Source: Euprymna scolopes (lineage: Eukaryota). From it: a stretch of DNA of 64,000 nucleotides. The stretch lies in assembly GCA_053919585.1 (NCBI GenBank), contig CM132808.1; one strand, 5' to 3'. A program made the position numbers and the translations under genes. The notes under the pieces were generated by a model. The model ran no database searches. It saw only the letters and a list, made by a program, of their open reading frames with translations, and had not been told where the DNA came from. Below are positions 51,408 to 63,067 of the stretch, piece after piece; positions within the stretch are counted from its first letter, which is position 1; each line of letters begins with the position of its first letter.

Positions 51408-51699
51408 TAAAGAAATATTTATTGTAATATAGTATGTAATCTATGAAATCAATTTAGATAGCAAAATTTTCTTTTTGAAGAACGGATGGAAAACTTTTGT
51501 AATTGACTGGCTATTCAGAATAAAACATTGATTTTGTAGGATGTAAGCTATCAATGTCTAATTCTGAAAATCAGACGGACTTGATTTTATATATTTATTG
51601 TCATTATTTGGTGATCTGATGATGCTACTAAGGAGTCAAATATGTGATTTACACCTTCTGCCACTGACAGATCATAGGAATACCCCAACATGTTTTTTT

Positions 51700-52020
51700 T
51701 TTGTTGTTTTTTTTAATCACAATTTTCACTCCAAACAAGGCACAGTGCCACTTTGATGTAGAGGGCTACTATCTGGGACATAAGTTGCAGGGATACTATG
51801 TAGGGAGTTGAGCAGCAAGATATTTGTATACATTACACTTGAACTTCTGCATGTCAGTACAGAAAGGAAAGCAGGAACTTGGAAGGGAGTTCCAAAGTCT
51901 AGCAGTTCTGGGGAAGAGACTATTAGAGTAGAAGGCTTTCTTACATCTAGGAATCTCCACTGTGTAGGGGTGGGATTTTGCTGCCTATTGGGGGGGATTT
52001 ACATCAAGGGGGTACTTTGT
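51700..52020 (-). mobile_element. LINE 3'-end fragment (same family as 46584-47480)
   Basis: Homologous to 46605-46885. Confidence 0.8.
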
Positions 52021-52224
52021 TAGGCCTCTCTTAAAACCTATTGAGCTGAACATCCCATTTATAATCTAAGCAACACTTATAAAATGAACAGAAACATCTA
52101 CATGGTTTTACTTGTACTGATATCAGATAAACAATCGTATTAAAAATATTAGCGAATTTATATCTTTTAGTTAAATGAATATTACAGACGTTTGTAAACT
52201 GACTTAACTTATAATACTTTTTTT

Positions 52225-52460
52225 TTCTTTTAACTCTTGTTCACCCCAAATAAGACATATTGTCACTTGGACATAAGAGGCTACTATTTGGAACCATGAC
52301 TACAGGAGCACTATGTAAGGAATGAGCATGATGTTTGTTTGCATTACATTTAAATTCCTGCATGTCAGTACAGTCAGGGAAACAGAAAAGGAATTTCAAA
52401 GTCTAGCAGTGTGAGGAAAGGAGATATTAGAGCGGGCGACTTTCTGGCATCTAGGGAACT
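52225..52460 (-). mobile_element. LINE 3'-end fragment, more degraded
   Basis: TTCACCCCAAA...GGCTACTATTTGG...CAAAGTCTAGC...CATCTAGG, homologous to the other copies. Confidence 0.7.
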
Positions 52461-52549
52461 CTAAGCTATGTACATCCACTAAAACAATGTTCAAAACGAC
52501 AGTTTTATTTTCATTTTAGAAGACCCCCCCCCTCCGAAAAATAACTTAA

Positions 52550-53538
52550 TCTATATATATAAAAGCGAAAATGTATGTATGTATGTGTGTATGTTTGGAT
52601 GTCTGCTGAAAACTTTCGACAGACGCGACGAAAATTCACAAACTCGATATCACATCGAAGCTCCATCCTTTGCTCGAAAAATATCGAAAAAATTAACGTT
52701 AACTTTTTCATCCCAAAATCAACAATTTTCGACATGGAGGTAAAAAAAAAAAACGGTCCTCTCGTGACAATGACCAATTCTACGCATGCGTCAGATGACG
52801 TTGTGACCTGATTTACTTTAAATAGTTGAAAAACCGAAGAAATTTCATGTACGTCGCGTTAGCTCAGTTGGTTAAGGCCTTGGTTCATTATATAAATGTT
52901 TTGGGTTTGAATCGTGGTGTGAGATGTTTTATTTTTTTTTTCGATTTTTTAAATTTAAATATTGAACCAGTGTTATTTAAGCCATTTTTCATGTAACGTT
53001 CGTTTTTCTGGGTTTTGTTTTTTTTTTTTTTTTTACTTCGCTTATTCTTAGCGACACCCAAAAACACCCGGGTACCCACCGATTTTTAAAATTTTAATAT
53101 CGAAACAGGCTTATTTAAGCCATTTTTCACGTGTTCGTTTTTCTGTTTTCATCATTCGTTTGCCTTACCTTAGTTATTTTTTTTTTATTGTTTGATCACG
53201 GCGTAGCGGGGAAAACAGAAACTGGTTTCCGCAACTGGACGTTGTCGCACCTGCTAATTTTGGTTTATAAACGTCAACTTAACACACTTATCAATTCATC
53301 TGTTCCCGTGGTCGAGATGGTTAGGTCGCAGGGTTTTATTTTTCCATTTCCTTTCCACCTCCGCGTCAAACGTTCGGGGTTCAAGCCTACCTTTATACTA
53401 AAACTATTTTTTTTACTTTTACACCTCCAAACAACTGGCCAACGTTTTTTTTTTAACAGGGTTGTTTTAATCTAACCCCCCCCCACCCACCAACACACAC
53501 CTCCAAACACCCGGGCAACGCCGGGGTACCCCCGCTAG
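52550..53538 (+). mobile_element. Composite non-autonomous Helitron-like element
   Basis: A|TCTATATATAT...CCCGGGCAACGCCGGGG...CTAG|T. The 3' third is homologous to 30240-30534. Confidence 0.8.
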
Positions 53539-54331
53539 TTCAATAATGAATGCTATTAAAATAAAATAAACATGACATACAATGCAGGAACAACAATTAT
53601 TCATGTTATACAGTGTTTCTGATCTTTGTTTTATTCAACATTTATCTCTCTCCTATAGCAAGATGATGTGATACATGAGTCAGAAATTGAATTTGAAGAG
53701 CCAGAGTCCTAAACAAAGAGCACTCTGGCCTGCAAAAAATGTCTGGGCAATGCCATTGGTATTCCCTGGTTGGGGCACCTCAGATGATTGGCAATAAACT
53801 AACCTCTTCTCAAAGAGTGAGAAGATAAAGCTTGGGAAGGTTTACTCCTAGAACTGTACAGGATGAAAACTATACCTCAGCCAACAGTAAAAAAAATTTG
53901 TCTGAAGAATGGGGTAGGCTGTAGGCTTTTCATTAGGATGCAAAAATCAAAAAATGATGTTAAAATTTTAAACTGTCGATTCAATTTCTTTGGGGGGGGG
54001 TGACACTTTCTACAATTTTATATATTCAAAGAAAATTATTTGTTAACTATGATGCCAAAAAAAAAAATGAAAATAATTTTTATACGTTCAACCTGTCGCT
54101 TATATTTCAATTCAGTGTTGTAACGACATGTAACTGAAAGGCAGACATAATATATCCTACATTTAGACTCTTCTAAAACAAAAAATAACATTTTTTTGGA
54201 TGAGGTCAACTATTTAAAACTAAATTTTAATGAAAAATCAATATCATAAAAAAACAATCTCGCTTTACAAATCCTCTTTTAAAACAAAACAATTTCTTAA
54301 AAATTGTCTTTTAAAACAATAAATGCAATTT

Positions 54332-54388
<57 letters not shown>

Positions 54389-54549
54389 TTTTGCTAAAAA
54401 AATATAATATTGAAAATATTTGATTAAAAGAAACTAGTTAAAGAAGAAACAACGAAGAAGAGTTAATGCAATAAAAATGAAATTATAAAAATAACTTTTG
54501 GACAATACTGAATATATACAGCTAGTCTAATTCATCATTCAATTCTTCA

Positions 54550-55606
54550 TCTATATATATAAAAGCGAAAATGTGCGTATGTATGTATGTTCACTTTTTG
54601 TGTATGTCTGAGAAAGGCTTTTTTTCCAAGAAGCGATTGGTCAACTCACATCTTAAAACTTTTTATATAATGTCTAAATCATAATATGTATGAGTTAACA
54701 ACGGGGGTCGTCTGTCTATTTAATTTGCGCGACTTTGAAAAGATAAATATTCCACAAATTCGGATCGCCGCATGTTGCTTTCACTTTTCAGTATAAAAAC
54801 AGAAACACTGAATTCGAACCGGATGTAAACGTTACCATCAACTATCCCACAGTAAAACGAGTTGACCTCATTAAAAACTAGGGAATAGCGTGATGTTTGA
54901 CATTCACTTTTTAATCGCTCTTGCATTGACTGTCATTGTAGCGCAGTTGTTCAGGCTTAGTCTATGGGCCTCAAGGCTCCAGGTTTGAGGCGACCTGTCA
55001 CCAAGCCCCCTCCCTTATTTTTTTTTTCCATTTTTAAAATCGCTATTTTTTATCGTTTTTTTTTTTTTTAAATATTTAAACAGGGTTAAGTTTCCTTTTT
55101 GTTCTTCTTTACCTCCCCCCCCAACACACACACACACACCTACAAGCACTCAGGCAACACCGGGTACCCCGCGCTTGTCTATAATATAAGACTCACTTGT
55201 ATGTTTAAATGTATGCATGTCGGTCTAAAACTTTCGACAGAGGTGACGAATTTTCACGAGATCAGTATCGCTTTGAAGCTCGATCCTTCAGACAACAAAT
55301 CTCGAAAAATTGGTTAAAAACATTAATTCCTTCACCCGCAACTGGCCACTTTTCTACAGAGAGAGGTCGCTTTTTTCGCTGATATTTTCAAAAGTCATCC
55401 CTGTTTTCGATTGACTAGCCTTAATTTAAACCTTCATCACTTCTGGTTTGGCGATGGACGCAACAGTAAAAACGTCATTTTTTCCCCACATTCTTTTCTT
55501 CCTTTGCAGTATGGGTTCAAGTCTGCCTGCCTCTTACCACTTTTTTTTTTTTTTTTGCTCAGCACACACCTCCAAACACCCGGGCAACACCGGGCACTCA
55601 GGCTAG
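54550..55606 (+). mobile_element. Two head-to-tail non-autonomous Helitron-like elements (54550-55177, 55178-55606)
   Basis: The first ends with a hairpin and CTTG. The second starts TCTATAATATAA and ends CCCGGGCAACACCGGG...CTAG. Confidence 0.78.
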
Positions 55607-56024
55607 TTTTATAATAAACAAAGACAAAACATAATTTACTATGAATGAAATGAACGCTCAATGAAACCTAATTAAAAGACGGTTCCAGGAAAAGAGATTT
55701 GGTTTCAGTCAAGAAGCAATATTGGAAATGAAATCATATTTTGGGGCCAAAGACAAAATTGTTCTACAAATAAAGGCATCACATTGTTAGAGAAAGGTTG
55801 GCACTAGTGTCTCACCCTACAAGGAGACTATGTCAACGAACAAGGTTGATTTTGGCCTAAAAGTTTTTTTATTAGTTAGGAACTGAGACAGTGAGACAGC
55901 CCTCAACATGCATAACTGAACAATTACAAGAAATGCACTTTTAACCCGACAGCATTTTTATCATCTATTATCTCCACTTACTTTAGCAACTCTGCTTGCG
56001 ATGAGTACGCATATTTATAAAATT

Positions 56025-56915
56025 TTTTTTTTTTTTTTTTTACTTATGTTCACCCCTTATAAAGCATATCGCCACTTGGACGTAAGGGGCTACTATTTGG
56101 GGCCATGTCTAGGAAAGATTAACAAGATATTTGCTTATGTTACATTTAAACGTCTGCATATCTGTACAGCCAGGGAAGCAGGCAGCAGGAAGGGAATTTC
56201 AAAGTCTAGCTGTTCGAGGGAAGAAACTATTAAAATAGAAAGCTTTCTGGCATTTGGGGACAACAACAGTGAAGGGGTGAGATCTTATTGCTAAGCGGGT
56301 TTGTCGGGGATATATGTACGTCGAGGGGGTACAAGTGGAACAAGCTCATCAGAACACGTTCCATTAAAATATTTGTAAAACAGGCACAGAGATGCAACAG
56401 TGTGGTGATGAGACAGGAGCTGGAGCTTAGTTGATAAAGTGGGACCGATTAGATTAACAACTCTTTTTTGGACTTTATCTAAGAGGGAGAGACTAGTGGT
56501 AGATGTACCAGCCCAGATGTAGCAACGATACTCCATGCATGGGCGAATGGTGGCTTGTAAAGGTACAGAATACTCTCAGGCATGAGTAGTCTTCTAGCTC
56601 AATAGAGGGAACCCACCTTCTTTGCAGCAGCCTTTGCAATGTCCTCTATGTATTTGTTCCAGTACATATTGCCCGCAAATGTTAAGCCGAGGAGTTTGAA
56701 GGTAGAATTCTCAGGTAGGGTGCTATTTGTCATGGATATGAGGGTTGGAGAGGCATCTTGTAATTGTTAGCATTAAATGTTATTATCCATTTATGGCCCC
56801 ATTCCACTACGGTCTGGGGGTCATCTTCTAACAATTCTGCCATTGTGTTAGATTTATGTACATCTGTTCTTCCCTCATGCATATTATAGAGCGTGTCATC
56901 AGCAAATATACCCAT
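56025..56915 (-). mobile_element. 5'-truncated CR1/L2-group LINE including the RT FADD motif
   Basis: GIFADDT...VEWGHKW...MEYRCYIWAG...LDKVQKRVVNLIG; poly-A tail appears as the T-run at ~56023-56041. Confidence 0.88.
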
Positions 56916-57503
56916 CTCGTTAGATACGTTTATATACTTGTATGTACAGGAGTCATTTCTAAACCAATTTATTGATCATTATGAATTTTTCAATACAGCT
57001 GCTAAGTGTAAGGTGTTCAACTTGTGGGTTTCATTTAGTTTTATGCAAAAGCAGACAGTTGTAAATCCTTTGTGAAAATTAAAATACCTGATTTTTTTGT
57101 GTAATTTTGAAAACAAAAAAATTGTTATGTATCGTTTTTAAGATAGCTGCATTCTCAAAGTTAAACTGGTGGTCAGGCTCCATAATATAGGTAAAAATGG
57201 TGTTAAGGGTGTTACTAGTTTTTTTTTTATTTTAAATTAATATTCATATATATAATGCATATATGTATATATAACTTCTTTATTTACATGGAAATAAATA
57301 TGCTGATCACTCCCCAGACCTCTTAATATATATACCCCTAATTAACTAACCTTCTTGTTAACAAACTTTCACATTTGAAAAAGCCTGTGCTAAATGGGCA
57401 AGACATTGTCAAGTTTTTAAGTCTCTCCACCTTTGCCTTTCATACCGGATTTTCATCTTTTTTTGCCTTACATATCGGATTTTCATCCTTTTTTATAATC
57501 ATT

Positions 57504-57515
<12 letters not shown>

Positions 57516-57574
<59 letters not shown>

Positions 57575-57884
57575 CCCAATAAAACAGTAATAAAAATTGA
57601 ACATTCGAATGAAAAGTAGATTCACTTACACGTTTCCATCTCTCGGAAACATTTCAAATGAACTACGAAAATGCTTTTTACATCTCCAACACATCTTGAA
57701 TATATTCTAAGCATTTTAAATAATTTCTGAAGAGGACACTTCACAGAACGTCTGAAACGCATTAAAAACGATTTCAATGATTTAAAAACATTATTACAAT
57801 GATCTAAACATAATTTTCAATGAAAAACCAAGACATGGAATAATAAAATAATGTTAAAAAATACACATTGTTGGTGACCATCCC

Positions 57885-57925
<41 letters not shown>

Positions 57926-58187
57926 AGGTGGTGTTTGATCATCACTGCTGGGGAGCCATGATTTAATATACTATTTCGTTTTTAAATCCTCAAAACAGTG
58001 TTTCATGGTAAACAACTGATGATCCCTTAAATTAACATTAGTACTATAATGAATTTGAGAGAGCAAGTTGATGCATTGATTAAATGGCTTACTGACTAAA
58101 TAGTTTTCCAACGAATGATAAAAATATTTAAAAAAAAAAAATTAAAAAAATTTTTCTATATAGTTTTAAAAGGTTAAAAAACTTCCA

Positions 58188-58272
<85 letters not shown>

Positions 58273-58464
58273 CAATCCATGTAAGGTTTATACTTATAAG
58301 GTAAAAATCTGAAAAATCCTTGCTATGTTTACATAATAGTGCTTAATGATAAATAGAGCTATTTATTTAAAATGTATTATTCATATAAACATAGCATGGC
58401 TACACATGTCAGAACATGTTTCAGCCATAGCTTTAATAAGATCAATTTCCTCAGCTCCTCCCAA

Positions 58465-58504
<40 letters not shown>

Positions 58505-58595
58505 ATAATCTCATAATGATTGGTTAATTAGTTTAGGATTGTATCCTGTACATAAAAAGATATACACATATCTAACTTATATATATCTCTCTCTC

Positions 58596-58660
<65 letters not shown>
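57516..58660. repeat. Cluster of (TA)n and (GA)n/(TC)n microsatellites
   Basis: Long runs at ~57516-57571, 57888-57922, 58192-58272, 58464-58504 and 58600-58658. Others lie at 31229-31286, 49888-49928, 54335-54376 and 63581-63646. Confidence 0.95.
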
Positions 58661-58662
<2 letters not shown>

Positions 58663-58780
58663 TGCTAGCTATATATTTCTCCTTTTGAAAATTTGTTGCA
58701 ATGTGTATCTCTATAGGAAGCTCCACCCTTCCATTCATTGATCTGTCAATCTTGTTTGAAATATCAATTCCATGGCTAAC

Positions 58781-58783
58781 CAT
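58781..58783 (-). CDS. ARL3: Candidate ATG-only coding part of ARL3 exon 1
   Basis: Minus strand CCAC-ATG|GTTAGC gives phase 0 with the Gly2 exon and lies just downstream of X-box-like motifs. Not provable from sequence. Confidence 0.3.
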
Positions 58784-58905
58784 GTGGATAGAATGTATCT
58801 TTTTGTTTGATGGGCTGTCACCCTTGCCTTTTTCTTTATGGAGAGATCCAAGATCCGAATGGTTGGAGGGGGAGGGGATATGCTTACAGTTGTTGTGTAT
58901 ACAGC

Positions 58906-58973
58906 TATCCCTTAGCAACCCTCATCAACTTGCTATTGATTGCGTGATGCTACCATAACTTCCCATGGAAAAC
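58906..58973 (-). promoter_or_regulatory. RFX X-box-like motifs (candidate ARL3 promoter)
   Basis: Minus strand GTTTTCCATGGGAAG (58959-58973) and GTTGCTAAGGGATA (58906-58919), in a non-repetitive, GC-richer island. Confidence 0.4.
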
Positions 58974-59206
58974 AACAAACAAATTCATCGGAAAGATGGG
59001 AAGGTGGGTGGGTGGGGGTTCTTATTGTTTTCCCCTTTTGCGTGTAAGCTGGCTCTAACTCCTGCTACCATCCCAGTAGCTATATAGAACCTGTTGAATA
59101 ACACTCATATTACAGAATCAGATTGTTTACATATGAACAATTCAGGCATATATTACTATAGACCACTATTTAAGTTACTCTTCTACCTACTTGGATAAGT
59201 TTTTTG

Positions 59207-59801
59207 GGCACTTCTGTACGACAGTGTCATGAGGCGAATGTGTGTATTTTAGTTTCAAGAACGGCCGATAGAGGGCGTTTAACATTCAAAAACAGGGGTC
59301 GATAACTCGTACCTTTCTAAAAGTTCCTACAAAAACCTCTGTAAATGTTTCATGTTTTTAAAATTATATTTTGCTCCATTGACAAACTAAAATTATATTT
59401 TGATATATTTTTATACAATCTTATTGTGAAAAACAAACAAACAAACAAACAAACAAACAAAACAAATGATTATATGTTGCTACATTTCATACACTCTTAC
59501 AGGAAAAAACCTCAAATAATTCTAAAAAAAAACAATTTATAAATGTTTCGCTTTTCCTATATTTCTGTGTTATTTATTTTGTTATTATATATTTTTACAT
59601 TTTCGGAGACACTTGTTCATTTAAAAGAAATCATATTAAAACGTTAAAATTATATTTTTTATACAATAAATGTTTCGTTTTCGGAGACACGTGTTTATAT
59701 TTGAGGTTCACAGAACGGCCAGTAGAAGGCGTTTCTCTTTCAAAGAACAGGGGCTGATAACTCGTCACACTCGACTCATACCACTGTCGTACAGAAGTGC
59801 C
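59207..59801. mobile_element. MITE with GGCAC... TIRs (Merlin-like termini)
   Basis: Perfect 20-bp TIR GGCACTTCTGTACGACAGTG, extending imperfectly. Flanks GTTTTTTG / GTTTTTGT resemble a 7-8-bp TSD. Internal direct repeat ~59258-59310 / 59712-59765. Confidence 0.8.
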
Positions 59802-59859
59802 GTTTTTGTGTTTTAACTTATTTTAAAGTGTATATTTAATTCGAAATACAAGTGCTGAA

Positions 59860-60042
59860 TTGCTAAGTTAGAATGACAACAAGATGGTCAACATGAGATG
59901 GCCATCTGGGAAGTTTCAGTGACATTTATTAGGTGGATTTCTATCAGCATTTTGTCTTATTTTCCGAGTTTTGAGCGATTATCGAGGCTCCCAAGATGAC
60001 AGTCTCACGTTAGGGTATCTTGTTGTCATTCTAACTTTGCAA
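59860..60042. repeat. Small foldback element
   Basis: TTGCTAAGTTAGAATGACAACAAGAT... / ...ATCTTGTTGTCATTCTAACTTTGCAA inverted arms of ~55 bp. Confidence 0.8.
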
Positions 60043-60245
60043 CTATGATAAAACAATGAAACTTTCTTTCTCAGTGTACTTGAAAGAGTTCTTCAGCCAA
60101 AGGTTACTTGGGCCTTTGGTGCAGGTAACTAAAGGTTTGCAATAATGAGTTTTAATGAGTAAACATTTTATGACCATAAACAAATGCTTATATATAAGTT
60201 TTATTTATAGCATATTAGAAGAGATACAAATATATCAAAGTTTAA

Positions 60246-60517
60246 CAGTAAGTATATTAAAGAAATAAAGATGTTTGGAATTTATTCATGCCACCTTTAT
60301 GGATAGAAATTTTGCTTCACTTTATATAAGATAAATTAAGGTTAAGATATATATATATATATATACATATCGATCTCTTTCAGTAAGTATATTAAAGAAA
60401 TAAAGATGTTTGGAATTTATTCATGCCACCTTTATGGATAGAAATTTTGCTTCACTTTATATAAGATAAATTAAGGTTAAGATATATATATATATATATA
60501 TACATATCGATCTCTTT
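60246..60517. repeat. Near-perfect 135-bp tandem duplication
   Basis: CAGTAAGTATATTAAAG...CATATCGATCTCTTT at 60246 and 60381, differing only in (TA)n length. Confidence 0.92.
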
Positions 60518-60553
60518 CTCGGTTGCCATTTCCAGGAAGAATAGATATAAACA

Positions 60554-61429
60554 TCCATTATATAAATCTCACCTGTCTGTTTAAATGTATGTATGTTTGT
60601 ATATCTGCCTAAAACTTTCGACAGAGGCGACGGATTTTCACGAGATCGGTATCGTTTTGAAACTCGACCCTTCAGATGACAAATATCGAAAAATTGGCTA
60701 AAAACATTAATTTCGTCACCCTCAACTAGGCACATTTCTACAAGGAGGGGTCGCTTTTTTCGCCGATATTTTCAAAAGTCATCTCCTCTTTTCGATTGAC
60801 TAGCCTTAATTTAAACCTTCGCCACTTCTGGTTTGGCAATGGACGCAACAGCAAAAACGTCACGTTTTCTTTTTTTTCGCGTTCTTTTCCTTCTTCGTGG
60901 TATGGGTTTTTTTTTTGTTTGTTTTTTTGCTCAACTAACACCTCCAAACACCTGGGCAACACCGGGAACCCTGGCTAGTATGTATATATATATATATAAA
61001 AGTGAACTTGTCTGTCTGTTTGTGTGTGTGTGTACATTTCCCTATGCAAGAACTCTGTCAATTTTTAGTCTCCAGACTCAAAATTTGATATACAGGGTAC
61101 TGAGATTTGGGAAAATCGATGTGATCGGGTTTCGGCCAGAAATTTGGCTGTTAAGGGGTCAAAGTTCAACGATTTGACCTTTGAGAACTCTACCAAACTC
61201 CTCCGACAATTTAAGGTCTAAAACCTTGACATTTTAGATATTGGTTCCTTGGACATGGATCTAACTTAATAACTTGATTTAAGCCTAAAACAATAAATAT
61301 TAAGAGGTCATAATAGGGGTCAAATTTTTAAAAAATTACCATTTCTTTTTTTTTTTTTCTTGCTCAGCATACACCTCCAAAAACCCGGGCAACGCCGGGC
61401 CGAAATGCTAGTATATCTACTAAAGTGAA

Positions 61430-61462
<33 letters not shown>

Positions 61463-62259
61463 ATACATTTCCCTATGCAATAACTGTCAATTTTTAGTCT
61501 ACAGACTCGAAATTTGATATACAGGGTACTGAGATTTGGGAAAACTATGTGATCTGTTTTCGGCCAGAAATTAAGCTGTTAAGGGGTCAAAGTTCAACGA
61601 TTTGACCTTTGAGAACTCTACCAAACTCCTCCGACAATTTTGGGTCTAAACACTTGAAATTTTAGATATAGGTTCGTTGGACATGGATCTAATTTAATAA
61701 CTCAATGTGAGCCCAAAACAATAAATTATAAGGGGTCATAATAGGGATCAAAGTTAAAAAAATTGACCGTTTTTTTTTTTTTTTTTTTGCTCAGCATACA
61801 CCTCTAAACACCCGGGCAATGCTGGGCCGAAATGCTAGTATATCTATAAAAGTGAAAGAGTCTGTCTATGTGTGTGTGTCTGTGTACATTTCCCTACGCA
61901 ATAACTGTCAATTTGTTTGTCTACAGACTCGAAATTTAATATACAGGGTACTGAGATTTGGGAAAACTATATGATCTGTTTTCGGCCAGAAATTTGGCTG
62001 TTAAGGGGTCAAAGTTCAACGATGTGACCTTTGAGAACTCTACCAAACTCCTCCGACAATTTTGGGCCTACACACTTGAAATTTTAGATATAGGTTCGTT
62101 GGACATGGATCTAACTTAATAACTTGATTTGAGCCCAAAACAATAAATATTAAGGTCATAATAGGAGTCAAAGTTAAAAAAAAAAATTTACCATTTTTTT
62201 TTTTTTTTTGCTCAACATACATCTCCAAATACCCAAGCAACGCCGGGCACCCATGCTAG
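60554..62259 (+). mobile_element. Chain of four non-autonomous Helitron-like units (ends at 60978, 61411, 61838, 62259); the last three are one ~430-bp family
   Basis: Each unit ends ACACCTCCAAACACCCGGGCAACGCCGGG-like hairpin plus CTAG, followed by a TA-rich start of the next unit. Confidence 0.85.
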
Positions 62260-62281
62260 TATATATATATATATATTTATA

Positions 62282-62393
62282 TATACGGCATAATCGCGTT
62301 GACAACGGTTCTCATCAGATCACTGAAGTTAAGCAACATTGAGCCTGGTTAGTACCAGATGGGTGACCATTTGGGAATTCTAGGCGCTGTATG
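62282..62393 (+). pseudogene. 5S rRNA-derived sequence (pseudogene or 5S-headed SINE)
   Basis: TACGGC-ATA..CGTTGA...GATCACTGAAGTTAAGCAAC...GTTAGTAC..GATGGGTGACC...TGGGAAT...GCTGTA is colinear with metazoan 5S, but has several indels and no oligo-T terminator. Confidence 0.88.
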
Positions 62394-63067
62394 TGCTCTC
62401 CGCTTATCTCGGCATTTGTTTCTGGTCGTTCTGTACATACACTTCACTTGCCACTTGGTATTTAACAATGTCAACTCAGGAGATGTGTGGTTGGAGATTG
62501 CGCACCTCTTGCCACAAAAATTTCATGTGCAAACACCTCTTTGTGGGTATCCATAGCCTGTCAAAGACTGAAGGAGTCTGTGTTTTTAGATACGAACAGA
62601 AGCTGAAAAGAATCGAATATTTTTTCGACCATAAATGCATACTCTTATATTGGATTTGAAACCTATGGTACCAATGTTTTTCTAACCTTCTGTAAAATTT
62701 ATTAAATACATATGATGCTCTTCTATTGAATTTTTTCTTTACTATTTGCTGGAGTTCTTTCCCACAAACACCACACACATATATATGGCGGGTGACACCC
62801 AGAAATATGTATCCATGGATAACGTTTATGTATGTTAAAATATTTAAGAAAATATCTAAATAAAATAAATATTTGAATATTGAACAAATAAAAATAATAA
62901 AAAATAAAGAAAGAGTATGTTCCGTTAAAAAAGGGGAAGGTGACACAAAACAAAAAAGGGGAGGTAATTCCTTCACCACTTAGGAAGCGAAAATTAAATA
63001 CAACTAAGCAGCATTCCAAAACTGTTTATATCGTTAATAAAAAATAATAGCAGATCTTATTTATATA

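Noticed and set aside
52853-52925. Functional tRNA gene
   Set aside because: It has A/B boxes but no convincing acceptor or anticodon stems and sits inside a Helitron-like repeat; treated as tRNA-derived.
57620-57645. ATGGAAACGT|GTAAGT as ARL3 exon 1
   Set aside because: Strong donor, but phase 1, incompatible with the phase-0 Gly2 exon.
58950-58956. Alternative ATG|GTAGCA first exon
   Set aside because: Poor donor consensus, and it lies between the X-box-like motifs.
28738-63019. Remaining short ORFs in the track (F/K/I/Y-rich)
   Set aside because: They are low-complexity translations of microsatellites, T/A runs and repeat elements, or antisense frames of real exons and transposons.
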